64,000 bases of DNA from an uncultured Planctomycetota bacterium (GCA_963841915.1 CAWJEN010000006.1:1376001-1440000), one strand, 5' to 3'. Shown: positions 37,781 through 48,700, counted from the first letter of the stretch. Notes: generated by a model from the sequence alone, not told the origin. Numbers and translations: made by a program.

Positions 37781-39652
37781 TCAGCGTTGTCGCAGGCGCC
37801 ACAGCAGTCCGCTGCCCGCGAGGATGACCAGCGCGTTACCGACCCAGATGATGCTGAGGCCAATGTTTGAGGGCCGAAGCTTTGACGGGTCGGCCAGGTC
37901 GCCCTCGGTGATCTTGCCGATGTCTTCGACGATGCCCTGTCCGAGCATGATGAACGCGATACACACCGCGGCCGGGACCATGGAGACGGCAAAGGCGGTG
38001 AGGAAGTTGCCGCTTTTGAACATGAGTCCGAGCCCCGCACCCATCAACGGCAGGAACGTGCAGGCGACGACGAATGCCGCCCGGGCGTGAAGTTCACCGA
38101 CGACACCGGCCTCCTGCTTGAGCAGCTTGCCGAGCAGGTACGACCGGCCGCTGATGCCCATCGGCACGCCGCCCAGCGATTCGTTGGCCCGCTGCAGGTA
38201 GTCGGCGGCGTCGAGCTCGCTTAAGGCAAACACTTCGCCTGGCATCGGCACCCGCACGCGACGCTCCACGCCACGGCCCGTCGTCGTCCGGTCGCCCACC
38301 GCGACGGCAGCGTCGGCAAAGGTGAAGGTGACGAGCATCTCGCCCGCGTCACCCGAGCCGCCGAGCGGTTCGACCTCGACGCGAGCTTGTGTCGACTCGA
38401 TGAGCAGCGTCTCCGTGCCACCCTCTGCGGTGCGGGTGATCTGGCGCAGGCGGACGGGGATGCCGTCGAAGACGAGGGCCTTGTGGTCGACAATGCGGCC
38501 CGGAGCGTCGGCGGAAAAGCGGTAGTCGCGCCGGTCACCCTGGGCGGTGTCGGCGTCATCGGCATCGGGCACGTCCGGCGCCAGCGTGATGCCGCCACCG
38601 ACGGCCCGCTCGCTTAGGCGGCGAAGGTAGACGACCTGCTGGTCGAGGCGTGCCTGACCGTCGAGGATGCGGCTGATGCGGCTGGCCCGTTCGGGTTCGA
38701 CGAGCAGGCCACGCAGCTCACCGACGGCCATGAACTTCGGATTCGTACGCAGCGGCACCTCGCGGCGGATCGGGCCGAACTGGGCCGAACTGGCGGCGGC
38801 AATCATCGGGGCCGGTCCGTCACCGTCGGTCTTGGTGCCGATCGTGGGCGGAAACTTTGCCCCGTCTGCCAGGACGACGCTGATGATAAATTCGCTTCGG
38901 GTCAGGGCCGATTGTTCAAACCCGTCGCGGCCGTAACCGGGCGGCTCGATGAAGATCGTCGCCGACGCGGCGGCGTAATACTCCTCCGGCACGCGGGGCA
39001 ACGTTTCCTCCCGCTCGCCCCCGCGATATCGCACCACGGCGGCGTCTTCGAGGCGTACGACCTGCACGTTGTCGCTGGCAAAGGCGGTGAGGCGGCCTTC
39101 GTCGCGGGCGCGGGAAACGATCTGAGCGATCTCCTCGTCGCTGGGCAGGATGGCCCGGCGTGCAAACACCGTCACGCGGCCGCCCTGGCCGGTGAACGTC
39201 GCCCGGCTCGTGCGGTTGATCTGGCTGCTGACGAGTTGTGCGAGATTGCCCCAGACGGTCTGCTCGACCTTCAAGTTGGCGAACGGGACGACGGTGGTCA
39301 GCAGGCTGACGGTGGTGAGCCCGAGGAGCCCGCCGAGCACGAGGGCCGGAAGCAGCAGGCCGAATGGTGACACGGCGACCCCGGCGGCCTTGGCGGCTGT
39401 GGCTTCGTTGTCGGCCGCCATGCGGCCGTACACAAAGCTCGTCGCAAACAACGCCGCCACCGGTAGCGAATAGACCAGCATCGCCGGCATCAGCCACGCC
39501 AGCACCGTCACGGCCTGGACGGTGCCCAAACCCTGCTCGCCGAGCGGTTTGAGCAGGCCGGCGAAGCTCAACACGCCCGCCAGCGTGACCGTCGTCAACA
39601 CAAAGACCCGAAGCAGGTCGCGGAAGATGTAGCGGAACAGCGTGCTACCCAC
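37781..39652 (-). CDS. LptF/LptG family LPS export permease
   Basis: TLFRYIFRDL, LPVAALFATSFVYGRMAADNEATAAKAAGV; 3+3 TM layout. Confidence 0.85.
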   Translation of the reverse strand: MGSTLFRYIFRDLLRVFVLTTVTLAGVLSFAGLLKPLGEQGLGTVQAVTVLAWLMPAMLVYSLPVAALFATSFVYGRMAADNEATAAKAAGVAVSPFGLLLPALVLGGLLGLTTVSLLTTVVPFANLKVEQTVWGNLAQLVSSQINRTSRATFTGQGGRVTVFARRAILPSDEEIAQIVSRARDEGRLTAFASDNVQVVRLEDAAVVRYRGGEREETLPRVPEEYYAAASATIFIEPPGYGRDGFEQSALTRSEFIISVVLADGAKFPPTIGTKTDGDGPAPMIAAASSAQFGPIRREVPLRTNPKFMAVGELRGLLVEPERASRISRILDGQARLDQQVVYLRRLSERAVGGGITLAPDVPDADDADTAQGDRRDYRFSADAPGRIVDHKALVFDGIPVRLRQITRTAEGGTETLLIESTQARVEVEPLGGSGDAGEMLVTFTFADAAVAVGDRTTTGRGVERRVRVPMPGEVFALSELDAADYLQRANESLGGVPMGISGRSYLLGKLLKQEAGVVGELHARAAFVVACTFLPLMGAGLGLMFKSGNFLTAFAVSMVPAAVCIAFIMLGQGIVEDIGKITEGDLADPSKLRPSNIGLSIIWVGNALVILAGSGLLWRLRQR

Positions 39653-39671
39653 GGCAACCTTTATTCTTCAG

Positions 39672-39745
39672 TCGGGATGACAGGATTCGAACCTGCGACA
39701 TCTTGCTCCCAAAGCAAGCACTCTACCAAGCTGAGCTACATCCCG
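39672..39745 (-). tRNA. tRNA-Pro(TGG)
   Basis: Reverse complement cgggatgtagctcagcttggtagagtgcttgcttTGGgagcaagatgtcgcaggttcgaatcctgtcatcccga. Confidence 0.95.
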
Positions 39746-39845
39746 ATCGTCGGCCACAGTCTACACGCTCCGACGGCCGAGACGACAGGGCGATCCTGGA
39801 GGGCCGCTTGTGCGTTGCTCATGTCGAGAGGCTTACGCTCTTGCC

Positions 39846-40988
39846 ATGCGGATGCCGCTGATGATGTTGGGCCTGATTCTGGCCGGTTGTGCGTCGACCG
39901 AGCCGCCGGCGGAGCCTTCGCAGTGGGACGTTCGCGGCGGTACCAACGAGGTCGGGCCGGCCGTCTACGCGGGCGACACGATTCTGCTCGATTACCAGCC
40001 GACGCAGCAGCTTGTCACCGACCACACGCTGCCCGATGCCGCCAGGTTCCCGGCCATCGATGTGCATTGTCACTGGTCGCTCGAGCAGGACCCGCAGGCG
40101 ATGCTGGCGGCCATGGACACGCTCAACCTCACCCACGCCGTCAATCTCAGCGGCGGTGACACGATCGAAAAGATCGCGGCGATGAGGCAGCAGTTCGACA
40201 GCGAACGCTTCGTCATCCTCGCCAACCTCGACTACAACCGGCTTGGCGACGACGACTTTTACCGCCAGTACCTCATCGACGCCCAAGCGGCGGGGGCCAA
40301 GGGCCTGAAGATCTGGAAAAACCTCGGCCTGGGATTGAAAGACGCCGACGGCCGACGCGTGGCCGTCGATGACAAGCGGCTCGACGTCGTCTGGCAAACC
40401 TGCGGCGAGCTCGGCATGCCCGTGCTCGTCCACGTCGCCGACCCGGCAGCATTCTTCGAGCCGATCGACGCCCGCAACGAACGCTGGACGCAGCTCTACC
40501 GCCACCCCGATTGGTCGTTCTACGGCGACGAATTTCCGAGCCGGCGGCAGATACTGGCCGAGCGGGACCGCATGATCGCCCGGCATCCACAGACGCAGTT
40601 CATCGGTGCCCACGTCGCCAACGAGGCCGAAGATCTGGCGTCGCTGGCCGAGCGGATGCGGAAGCTGCCCAACTTGCACGCCGACATCAGCGGCCGCGTC
40701 GCGGAGTTGGGCCGCCAGCCGTACTCCGCCCGCAAGTTCTTTCTCGAGTTTCAGGACCGCGTCATGTTCGGCACCGACCGCTACCCCGGCCGCCCCGATC
40801 AACCGCGGTATCGCCGATACTTCGAGTTCCTCGAGACCGACGACGAGTCGTTCGACTACCACGAACACGCCTTCCCGCCGACGGGCGAGTGGAAGATCTA
40901 CGGCATCTTCCTGCCGGACGACGTGCTGAAGAAGATCTACCACGACAACGCCGCCAACTTGCTCGGCCTTTCCGCAAGCCGCCCATGA
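39846..40988 (+). CDS. Amidohydrolase family lipoprotein
   Basis: LAGC lipobox, IDVHCH, LVHVADP, IGAH, FGTD. Confidence 0.88.
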   Translation: MRMPLMMLGLILAGCASTEPPAEPSQWDVRGGTNEVGPAVYAGDTILLDYQPTQQLVTDHTLPDAARFPAIDVHCHWSLEQDPQAMLAAMDTLNLTHAVNLSGGDTIEKIAAMRQQFDSERFVILANLDYNRLGDDDFYRQYLIDAQAAGAKGLKIWKNLGLGLKDADGRRVAVDDKRLDVVWQTCGELGMPVLVHVADPAAFFEPIDARNERWTQLYRHPDWSFYGDEFPSRRQILAERDRMIARHPQTQFIGAHVANEAEDLASLAERMRKLPNLHADISGRVAELGRQPYSARKFFLEFQDRVMFGTDRYPGRPDQPRYRRYFEFLETDDESFDYHEHAFPPTGEWKIYGIFLPDDVLKKIYHDNAANLLGLSASRP

Positions 40989-42382
40989 CACAACCGTTTG
41001 TCCTGTCGACGCTGTTCGTGCTCGGGCTGTTGCTCGTCGGCTTCGTCCTGCGGGCGGGCATCAAGCCGCTTCGCCTGCTGTTCGTGCCGGCCAGCGTCGT
41101 CGGCGGGATCGTCGGGCTGGGCGTGATTCAGGCGGTGCTCCGAACGGACGCGGCAGGCATCGCGGCTGACATCAGCAATGTCATCGCCGATTGGCCGGGC
41201 CTGCTGATCGCAGTCGTCTTCGCCGGCCTGCTCATGGAGCGGCCGGGCAAGAAGTTCAGCGAGGCCATCGTCGCCGCCAGTCGGCAGGGCATTGTCGTCT
41301 GGATCATCGTCTTCGGCGAGGCCTTCGTCGGGCTGCTGGCGTGTGCGCTCTTCATCCTGCCGTACTACGACGTGCCGGCGAGCTTCGGACAGCTCATCGA
41401 AACCGGCTTCGCCGGCGGGCACGGCACGGCGGCGGCGATGGGCGAGGTCTACGACGCCCTCGACTTCGCCCAGGGGCGCGACCTGGCGTTCCTCTTCGCC
41501 ACGGTCGGCCTGCTCTACGGCGTGGTCAGCGGCATCTTCTTCGTCAACCTCGGCGTGCGACGCGGCTGGCTCCGCGGCGGGCCGCACACGCAAGCCGTCG
41601 ACACGCCTAGTGACATCACCATCCCCGTCGTCTCCGGCCTCGAGGCGCGTCACGACCCCAAGCCGTCTGCCTTTGCACGCGTTCGGGCGGAAGTCATCGA
41701 TCCGTTGGCGTTTCAGCTGTGCCTGCTGGCCGTCGCCTTCGCGGTGGGATTCGCGTTGCAGCAGCTTTTCCTGCTCGTCGCCGGTGCCGTTGCGCCCGAA
41801 GATGCCCTCAAGTTCGTCGGCAAAATCCCGCTCTTCCTCTTCACGCTCCTCGGCGGCTGGGTCACGCGCGAGGCCATGCACCTGCTCGGCGTCGGCGACC
41901 TCATCGACGGCCCGTCCATCCACCGGCTCGGCGGCATCGCGATGGAGATCCTCATCGTCGCCGCCCTCGCCACGCTTCGCCTCGAGGCGGCGGCGGACTT
42001 CCTCGTGCCCGTGCTCATCCTGCTCGGCGTCGGCTTCGCGTGGGTCGCCTTCTGCCTGCTCTGGGTCGGCCGAAAGCTCTTGCCGCGGCAGCACTGGTTC
42101 GAGTTGGGCCTGCTGAACTACGGCATGAGCACCGCCACGACCGCCCAAGGCGTGCTGCTGCTCCGCATCGTCGACCGCGATCTCGATACCGACGCCGCCA
42201 GCGACTACGCGGCAGCGGCACCGCTATCGGCACCGTTCATCGGTGGCGGCGTCATCACGGTCCTTGGCTTGCCGCTGGCGCTTGCGAGCTTCAATGTCTG
42301 GACGGTGCTCTCCGTCATGGCGGTCGTGCTCATTGCACTCTTCATCGCCGGCTGGTTACTGAGGGACCGGCAAAAAGTTTAG
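40985..42382 (+). CDS. Sodium/glutamate symporter family (GltS/ESS)
   Basis: VPASVVGG, GFAGGHGTAAA; about 12 TM; ATGA overlap with upstream gene. Confidence 0.85.
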   Translation: MTQPFVLSTLFVLGLLLVGFVLRAGIKPLRLLFVPASVVGGIVGLGVIQAVLRTDAAGIAADISNVIADWPGLLIAVVFAGLLMERPGKKFSEAIVAASRQGIVVWIIVFGEAFVGLLACALFILPYYDVPASFGQLIETGFAGGHGTAAAMGEVYDALDFAQGRDLAFLFATVGLLYGVVSGIFFVNLGVRRGWLRGGPHTQAVDTPSDITIPVVSGLEARHDPKPSAFARVRAEVIDPLAFQLCLLAVAFAVGFALQQLFLLVAGAVAPEDALKFVGKIPLFLFTLLGGWVTREAMHLLGVGDLIDGPSIHRLGGIAMEILIVAALATLRLEAAADFLVPVLILLGVGFAWVAFCLLWVGRKLLPRQHWFELGLLNYGMSTATTAQGVLLLRIVDRDLDTDAASDYAAAAPLSAPFIGGGVITVLGLPLALASFNVWTVLSVMAVVLIALFIAGWLLRDRQKV

Positions 42383-42423
42383 AACTGCTGGACAGGGTTG
42401 ACGTTGAATGCGACCTCTTGTTC

Positions 42424-42753
42424 ATGTCCCACGCCAGCACAAGTCAAGAGGCCGAACGCCGCCGCAGGCCGCGGGAGGCGTTCGTCGTCGATGCCCGCCT
42501 TGCCTGTCCCACGCCGAGGCCGCGTCCCAGAGATTTGCCCCCTGAGGCCGAATTCTGTCCCCACGAGTCGTGCCGTGCCACAATCGTCAATCGCAGCCGC
42601 GACGGCGTGCGGCTCGTGACCAACAAGGCTCTGCCCGTCGGTGCCTATCAGAAGGTTCAGGTCGAGGATGATCCCCGCGAACGCGAAGCCAAGGTGATTC
42701 GTTGCGTTGCCGTCGGCGACGGCACGTTCGACGTCGGTGCGGTGCTCTGCTGA
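42424..42753 (+). CDS. PilZ domain protein (c-di-GMP binding)
   Basis: ERRRRPR (RxxxR) and NRSRDG (D/NxSxxG). Confidence 0.75.
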   Translation: MSHASTSQEAERRRRPREAFVVDARLACPTPRPRPRDLPPEAEFCPHESCRATIVNRSRDGVRLVTNKALPVGAYQKVQVEDDPREREAKVIRCVAVGDGTFDVGAVLC

Positions 42754-42840
42754 AGCCAAAGCAGCTCCAGGTCAACGACAGCTCGTCGGCCCCTGATCCG
42801 GACGCATCATTTAGCGTTCGGCTGCTCTAACGTCGGCCCC

Positions 42841-44145
42841 ATGTCCGACGCGGCGACCTCATCTCCTGTCCTGATCATTGGTGCGGGCCTGGCCGGCCTG
42901 TGCTGTGCCAAACACCTTGGCGATGCAGGGCGGCCGACGATCCTGATCGACGCCGCCGACGCGCCCGGCGGGCGCGTTCGCACCGATCGGCACGCTGACG
43001 GCTTCCTGCTCGACCGCGGATTTCAGGTCTTCCTCGACAGCTACCCCGAGGCGGCCGACGTGCTCGACCTCGAGGCGCTGAATCTCAAGCCGTTCGAGCC
43101 GGGGTCGTACACGCGGCTGGGCAACATCGACCGCTGGCTACCGCTGAGCGATCCGTACCGCCGTCCGTCGCGAGCGCTGGCGACGGCACTTTCACCGGCG
43201 GCAACGCTGAAGGACAAGTGGCTGATCAGCAAGCTCCGCCGCGACGTGCGGCGGGGCGATCTCGAGCGACTGCTGGTCGACAGCGAGCCCCGCTCGACCC
43301 TCGATTATCTGCGGGCGTTCGGCTTCAGCGACCGGATCATCGAAACCTTTTTCCGCCCGTTCTTCGGGGGCGTCTTCCTCGATCGATCGCTGTCAACCAG
43401 CGCCAGGCTGTTCCGCTGGTTGTTCCGGCTGTTCGCCGACGGCAACGCGTGCGTCCCGGCGGCCGGCATGGAAGCCATTCCACGGCAACTGGCCGCCCGG
43501 CTCAAGCACTGCGAGATGCGAATGAACACGCGGGTCGCCTCGATCGGTGATGACTCTGTCACGCTTGAAAGCGGCGAAGTGCTCACCGGCTGTGCGGTCG
43601 TCGTGGCGACGAATGCGACCGTCGCACGGACACTGCTCGGCGACCGCCTGCAGGGGCCGACGGTGACGATGCGGCGGACGGCGACGCTCTATTTCGCGGC
43701 CGACAAGCCGGTGGTGCCGGACAACCTGTTGCTGCTGAGTGGCGCGACGGACAAAGCCGCCTCGCCGGTCAACACGATCGCCCAGCTGTCGGTCGCCGCC
43801 CCGTCGTACGCGCCGGCCGATCAGCAGCTACTGAGCGTGAGCGTGGTCGATGTGCCCAAGGCCGACGACGCGGAGCTGATCGAGATGGTCCGCCACGGGA
43901 TGGCCCACCTGGTCGGCGGCGACTACGCGGCAGCGTTGAGGCATCTGCGGACGTACCACATCGAAGAGGCTTTGCCGAGCCAACCACCGCCGACGTTGGC
44001 CCAGCCGCACAAGCCGGCGAAGATCGGCGATCGGTTGTTCGTCTGCGGCGATTACCGGGATACGGCGAGCATCAACGGCGCCATGCTGAGCGGTCGCCGC
44101 GCCGCCGAAGCCGTCGCGGCCACGGTGCAGGTCGACGATCAGTGA
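42841..44145 (+). CDS. FAD-dependent oxidoreductase (amine oxidase family)
   Basis: IIGAGLAGL, GGRVRTD, DRGFQV, CGD...SINGAMLSGRRAA. Confidence 0.9.
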   Translation: MSDAATSSPVLIIGAGLAGLCCAKHLGDAGRPTILIDAADAPGGRVRTDRHADGFLLDRGFQVFLDSYPEAADVLDLEALNLKPFEPGSYTRLGNIDRWLPLSDPYRRPSRALATALSPAATLKDKWLISKLRRDVRRGDLERLLVDSEPRSTLDYLRAFGFSDRIIETFFRPFFGGVFLDRSLSTSARLFRWLFRLFADGNACVPAAGMEAIPRQLAARLKHCEMRMNTRVASIGDDSVTLESGEVLTGCAVVVATNATVARTLLGDRLQGPTVTMRRTATLYFAADKPVVPDNLLLLSGATDKAASPVNTIAQLSVAAPSYAPADQQLLSVSVVDVPKADDAELIEMVRHGMAHLVGGDYAAALRHLRTYHIEEALPSQPPPTLAQPHKPAKIGDRLFVCGDYRDTASINGAMLSGRRAAEAVAATVQVDDQ

Positions 44146-44155
44146 ACCGGTGCCG

Positions 44156-45379
44156 TCACGCGGGCGGAGTCACTTCAGCGGCATTGTGTGGCGCAGGGAC
44201 CTGTCGCATCACCAGCGTCCCTGCAACGACCACAACGACGCCCAGCAGTGCCCACGCCATGTTCCCGCCGAAGAAACCGACGGCAATCGGCCCCAGGGCG
44301 AGCAGGGCGACCACCACGCGTGACCTGGCCGTCGGCACGAGCAGGTAGACCGGGAACAACAGCCCGTAGAACGCCAGCAGCGAGCGATAGATGATTTCGC
44401 CGTAGCTGTAGCCGAGCAGTTCCAGCCGGAACAGCGAGGCGAGCGTCTCCGTCCCGTCGGCGACCACGATCGGCACCTTCACCGCCAGGCTCCAGCCCAG
44501 CAGGGCACAGGCGAGCGACGTGGCAACCCACGAAGTGCCGGGCTGCAGGCCCGGCCGCTCGGTCGCGTCGGCCAGCTTCGACAAGGCGTCGAGGTGGGCG
44601 ATGTTCGTGAAAGCGACCTGCAACGCCAGATGAACGGTTACGGCAATGGCGGCGACGCCTGCGGTGCTGCGGAGCGTGAACTCGGCGATCAGGAGGCCCG
44701 GCAGGACGGTGGCGTAGCCGAGCGTGAGCAGGATCATCGTCAGGAACATCACGCCGAACCCGACGCCGAACACGAGCTTGCCGCGGTCGCCGCTCATCTG
44801 GCGGGTCGACTGGAGCGAGACGTCGAGCAGCGGGCACGTCAGAAAGCCCAGGCCGCACACGGCGGCAAGGCCCAGGAGCGGCCAGAGTTCAGCCATGCGC
44901 AATGAGCCGACAGCTGGTAGGCCCAAGGCATCGACCGACCACATCACGCTGCCCGCCAGCAGCGACGCGAGCCAGATCCACGGGGCTAGGCGGTAAAGCG
45001 AAGGCCCGACCCGGCGGGCGACGAGCGGCAACAGCGAGACGGCCAGGCCCAGCGGCAGGCCGACACTGCCGCCGACGAGTCGTGTCGTCAGCCAGGTCAG
45101 CGTGAAGGTCTGCAGGACGATCGTGACGGCCGAGAAGACGCCGACGGCGGTGGCATGGCGGACGGTGAAGGCCGCCGACGCCCGGGCCGACGTCATGACC
45201 CACCCGACGGCGGCGGCGCCGATGACGTTGGGCACGGCAAAGGCGACCCACCCGAGCAGCCCGAAGTCGCGGACGAGCAGGACCGGCAGGAACATGCCGA
45301 TGACCCACGTCCAACTGACGGCCACGTGGCACGCAAGCAGAAAGCACGTCGAGAGTGGCAACCGCGTCGTTTCGGGCAT
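44156..45379 (-). CDS. Multi-pass membrane protein
   Basis: About 11 hydrophobic segments; SWTWVIGMFLP, FAVPNVIGAAA. Confidence 0.7.
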   Translation of the reverse strand: MPETTRLPLSTCFLLACHVAVSWTWVIGMFLPVLLVRDFGLLGWVAFAVPNVIGAAAVGWVMTSARASAAFTVRHATAVGVFSAVTIVLQTFTLTWLTTRLVGGSVGLPLGLAVSLLPLVARRVGPSLYRLAPWIWLASLLAGSVMWSVDALGLPAVGSLRMAELWPLLGLAAVCGLGFLTCPLLDVSLQSTRQMSGDRGKLVFGVGFGVMFLTMILLTLGYATVLPGLLIAEFTLRSTAGVAAIAVTVHLALQVAFTNIAHLDALSKLADATERPGLQPGTSWVATSLACALLGWSLAVKVPIVVADGTETLASLFRLELLGYSYGEIIYRSLLAFYGLLFPVYLLVPTARSRVVVALLALGPIAVGFFGGNMAWALLGVVVVVAGTLVMRQVPAPHNAAEVTPPA

Positions 45380-45585
45380 GCGTGGGCGACGGTAGTCGCA
45401 AATCCGTTGTCACAAGTGCCCGGCCGCGCTGCGCCGCCGCGGCCGCCATGGCGCACGGTTCAAAAGGCGCAAGACGACCGCAAAGCAACGCGAACTGCTG
45501 CAGTTTTCAGGTCGAATCACGTTGTACGTACGCGAAAAATGCGTCACGGCCGACGACCCGCGGACGCACTGGCAGGTCCCGAAAG

Positions 45586-45601
45586 TGTTCCACGTGGAAC
45601 C
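45586..45601. promoter_or_regulatory. parS site (ParB binding)
   Basis: tgttccacgtggaacc matches the canonical TGTTNCACGTGNAACA at 15/16. Confidence 0.85.
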
Positions 45602-45659
45602 ATCGTCGACTCGGCCGTGCCCGCGAACCCTCGCCACGCAACGGCATCGAGGTCGGCAA

Positions 45660-45675
45660 TGTTCCACGTGGAACA
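45660..45675. promoter_or_regulatory. parS site (ParB binding)
   Basis: Perfect tgttccacgtggaaca. Confidence 0.92.
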
Positions 45676-45727
45676 TTCTGACCGTTTCGCCCCCGCCCCG
45701 GCCCGATCGGCCGCCGCGGCGCAGCGC

Positions 45728-46336
45728 TTAATCGCTCGCCTCGCCGAAGGAACGTCGAAGCATGATCGCCTTTCGGAGTCGTTCGAGGTACAGCGGGGCG
45801 GGCAGCTCTTCGCAGCCGAAGGTCGAGAGGTGATTGGTGCGTGCCTGGGCGTCGAGGAGGACGAACTTTTGCGCTCTGAGCCGGTCGACGAGGCTCACAA
45901 GAGCGACTTTGCTGGCGTCGGTACGGCGATGGAACATGCTTTCGCCGAAAAACGCGCCGCCCAGGCTCACGCCGTACAAGCCACCCACGAGGCTGCCGTC
46001 GTCGACGGCGTAGGCCTCGACGCTGTGGGCAAAGCCTTCGTGATGCAGTCGGACGTAAGCGGCGACGAGTTCTTCACTGATCCACGTCCCGTCGTCGCGG
46101 CCGGTCATGCAGGCCCGCATGGTTTCTTCGAACTGCGTGTCGAACCGGACCTCGAACAATCGCTTTTTTAAGGTTTGCCTGAGCGATCTGCGGATGTGGA
46201 ACCGTTCGTCGAGCGGAATCACCCCCCGCGGGTCGGCTGTGTACCAACGGGTCTGACCGTCCGTGTCGGTCATGGGGAATGCGCCCTGCGCGTAAGCGCT
46301 GAGCATCACTTCGGGATCGAGCGACGCAGTCCTCAT
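45728..46336 (-). CDS. aat: Leucyl/phenylalanyl-tRNA--protein transferase
   Basis: AYAQGAFPM, TWIS, AHSVE, LVGGLYGVSLGGAFFGESMF, DASKVAL. Confidence 0.96.
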   Translation of the reverse strand: MRTASLDPEVMLSAYAQGAFPMTDTDGQTRWYTADPRGVIPLDERFHIRRSLRQTLKKRLFEVRFDTQFEETMRACMTGRDDGTWISEELVAAYVRLHHEGFAHSVEAYAVDDGSLVGGLYGVSLGGAFFGESMFHRRTDASKVALVSLVDRLRAQKFVLLDAQARTNHLSTFGCEELPAPLYLERLRKAIMLRRSFGEASD

Positions 46337-46369
46337 CCGTCGCCGAGTCTAGCGGAGGAAAAGTGACCT

Positions 46370-46385
46370 TGTTCTACGTGGAACT
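46370..46385. promoter_or_regulatory. Degenerate parS site
   Basis: tgttctacgtggaact, 14/16 to the perfect copy, intergenic. Confidence 0.6.
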
Positions 46386-46391
46386 CGGTTC

Positions 46392-47378
46392 TCACGAGTC
46401 CGGCAGCGAGCGTTTGAGAAAGTCGATGGCGTTACCGCCGAGGATGCCGCTGATCTCGGCGTCGTTGAAGCCGGCGGTCGAAAGGGCGTCGCCGAGCCTG
46501 GGCCAGTCGGCGGCGGATCGGAGTTCTGCGGGCAGGTGTTCGTGGCCGAACCCGCCATCGGCATCGCTGCCGAGGGCAACGCGGTGCGGGTTCCCGATCA
46601 CCTCGCAGGCGTGGCGGACGTGCTTGGTCCAGTCGTCGAGCGTGGCTTGCCGCTTGCCGAGCTCGCTGGGCGGCAGGAGGAACTTGTCGTAGAGGTTGAT
46701 CCCGATGATCCCGCCGTGCAGGGCGATGCGCTTGATCAGCTGATCCGGCAGGTGTCTGCCGCTCGGGTCGTCGCCCACGATTGCTCGGCAATTCGAATGG
46801 CTGGCGAACAGCGGGCAGTCGGTCAGTTCGGCGAGTTCGAAGACCGCGTCGTCGGCCAGGTGCGACACGTCGTGGATGAAGCCGGCTTCGTCAAGGTGCG
46901 GCACAAGCTTGCGACCGTCGTCGGTAAGTGGGCCGGGCTCAAAGGTGCCGCCGGTCCATCGGGTGCGTCGCCAGGCGAGTCCGACGATGCGAACGCCGCG
47001 ATCGAACCAGGCCTGTGGTGAGTTGGCATCGTCCTCACCGGGCAAGGCAATGGCGTCGGCCCCTTCCATCAGTACGACGATCTTGAGCCCTTTTTCCGTA
47101 AGATCAGCCGTGGTCTTGACCAGCGTCGCCGACCGCTCGACTTCGTATACGACAAGCTGCTCGGCACACATGGCCGCGGCAGTGGCGTGGTCGGCGTAAC
47201 CGTCGCGGTCGGAGCCTTCGAGCTTGGGCAAGGCGAAGAGCGTGCCACCGATCAGCTCGACACCGCCCGCCCCGAGGCGACTCCATGAGACGGCATGCTC
47301 GGTGTCAGCGACGTCCGCGTGTAAATCCCGCCCGCGGACCGCGTGCCAGGCCAGATCAAGGTGCAGGTCGACGATCAT
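46392..47378 (-). CDS. Membrane dipeptidase (peptidase M19)
   Basis: VDLHLD, MEGAD, DVSHL, ASHSN, LGSDADG. Confidence 0.9.
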   Translation of the reverse strand: MIVDLHLDLAWHAVRGRDLHADVADTEHAVSWSRLGAGGVELIGGTLFALPKLEGSDRDGYADHATAAAMCAEQLVVYEVERSATLVKTTADLTEKGLKIVVLMEGADAIALPGEDDANSPQAWFDRGVRIVGLAWRRTRWTGGTFEPGPLTDDGRKLVPHLDEAGFIHDVSHLADDAVFELAELTDCPLFASHSNCRAIVGDDPSGRHLPDQLIKRIALHGGIIGINLYDKFLLPPSELGKRQATLDDWTKHVRHACEVIGNPHRVALGSDADGGFGHEHLPAELRSAADWPRLGDALSTAGFNDAEISGILGGNAIDFLKRSLPDS

Positions 47379-47386
47379 GCCGCACG

Positions 47387-48620
47387 TTAAAGCGCGTGGC
47401 CCATCTTTTCGCGTTTCGTCTTGAGGTACGACGCGTTGTGCGTGCCCGGCTCGACGACGACGGGCAGCTGCTCGACGACCTCCAGGCCGTGCCCCTCGAT
47501 GCCGTAGATCTTTTTGGGGTTGTTCGTGAGCACGCGCAGGCGACGCAGGCCGAGGTCCTTGAGCACCTGCACACCGATGCCGTACTCGCGGCGATCTGAC
47601 GGGAAGCCAAGCTTGAGGTTGGCCTCGACGGTGTCGAGCCCGCCGTCCTGCAGGCGGTAGGCGTGGAGCTTGTTGGTCAGCCCGATGCCGCGTCCTTCCT
47701 GACGGAGATAGAGCAGCACGCCACGACCCTCGGCCTCGATGCGACGCATGGCCAGATCGAGCTGATCGCCGCAGTCGCAGCGACCGCTGCCAAAGACGTC
47801 ACCCGTCAAACACTCGCTGTGGACGCGGACGAGCGTCGGCTCCTCGACCGGCACCGGCGCTGCCGTCGGGCTTGCGCTGGCCGATGTCGTCGCCCTTGAC
47901 GAGCGCCAGGTGCGGGTGCTGATCGACGGCCGACTCGTAGGCGTGGAGCTTGAAGTCGCCCCAGCGTGTGGGCAGATCGACCGTTTCAAGCCGTTTAACA
48001 AGGGTTTCCCGCTGGGTGCGATAACGGATGAGCTCGGCGACCGTGCACATCTTCAGGCCGTGTTTGGCGGCAAAGGCTTCGAGGTCGGGTCGCCGCGCCA
48101 TCTCGCCGTCGTCGCGCATGACCTCGATACCGACGCCCACCGGGTGAAGGCCTGCCAGGCGGCACAGGTCGGTCATGCCCTCGGTGTGGCCCGCTCGGAC
48201 GAGCGTGCCACCGTCACGGGCGCGGATCGGCTGGACGTGACCGGGCCGATCAAAGTCGTCGGCATGGGCGGCGGGGTCGGCCAGGCGACGCACGGTGGCC
48301 GCCCGCTCGCTCGTGCTGACGCCGGTCGTGATGCCGAAGTCAGCAGTCGCGTCGACGCTGACGGTGTAGGCCGTTCCACGCTGGGCGGTGTTGACGCCTG
48401 CCTGCGGGCTGAGCTTGAGCCGATCGGCCGTCTTGGCGTCGACGGCAACGAACAACATGCCGCGGCCTTCACGCAACATGAAGTTGATCATCGTCGGCGT
48501 CACGAACTCACCGGCGGCGATGACGTCGCCCTCGTTCTCGCGGTCCTCATCGTCGACCAGCACGATCATCTTGCCCTGACGCAAGTCCTCCAGACAGTCG
48601 GCAATCGAGTCGAACGGCAT
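47387..48620 (-). CDS. ribBA: Bifunctional DHBP synthase/GTP cyclohydrolase II; frameshift near 47855
   Basis: [16 protein letters not shown]; second frame [35 protein letters not shown]. Confidence 0.93.
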
Positions 48621-48700
48621 GGGGCATGGTAGCGGGACCTCCGCGTGCACCTTTCGCGAGTGCGAGCACGGCCGCCTGATGACCCTGACAACAGGTTGCA

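Noticed and set aside
45380..45727. oriC
   Set aside because: parS sites are present but I see no DnaA-box cluster or AT-rich unwinding element
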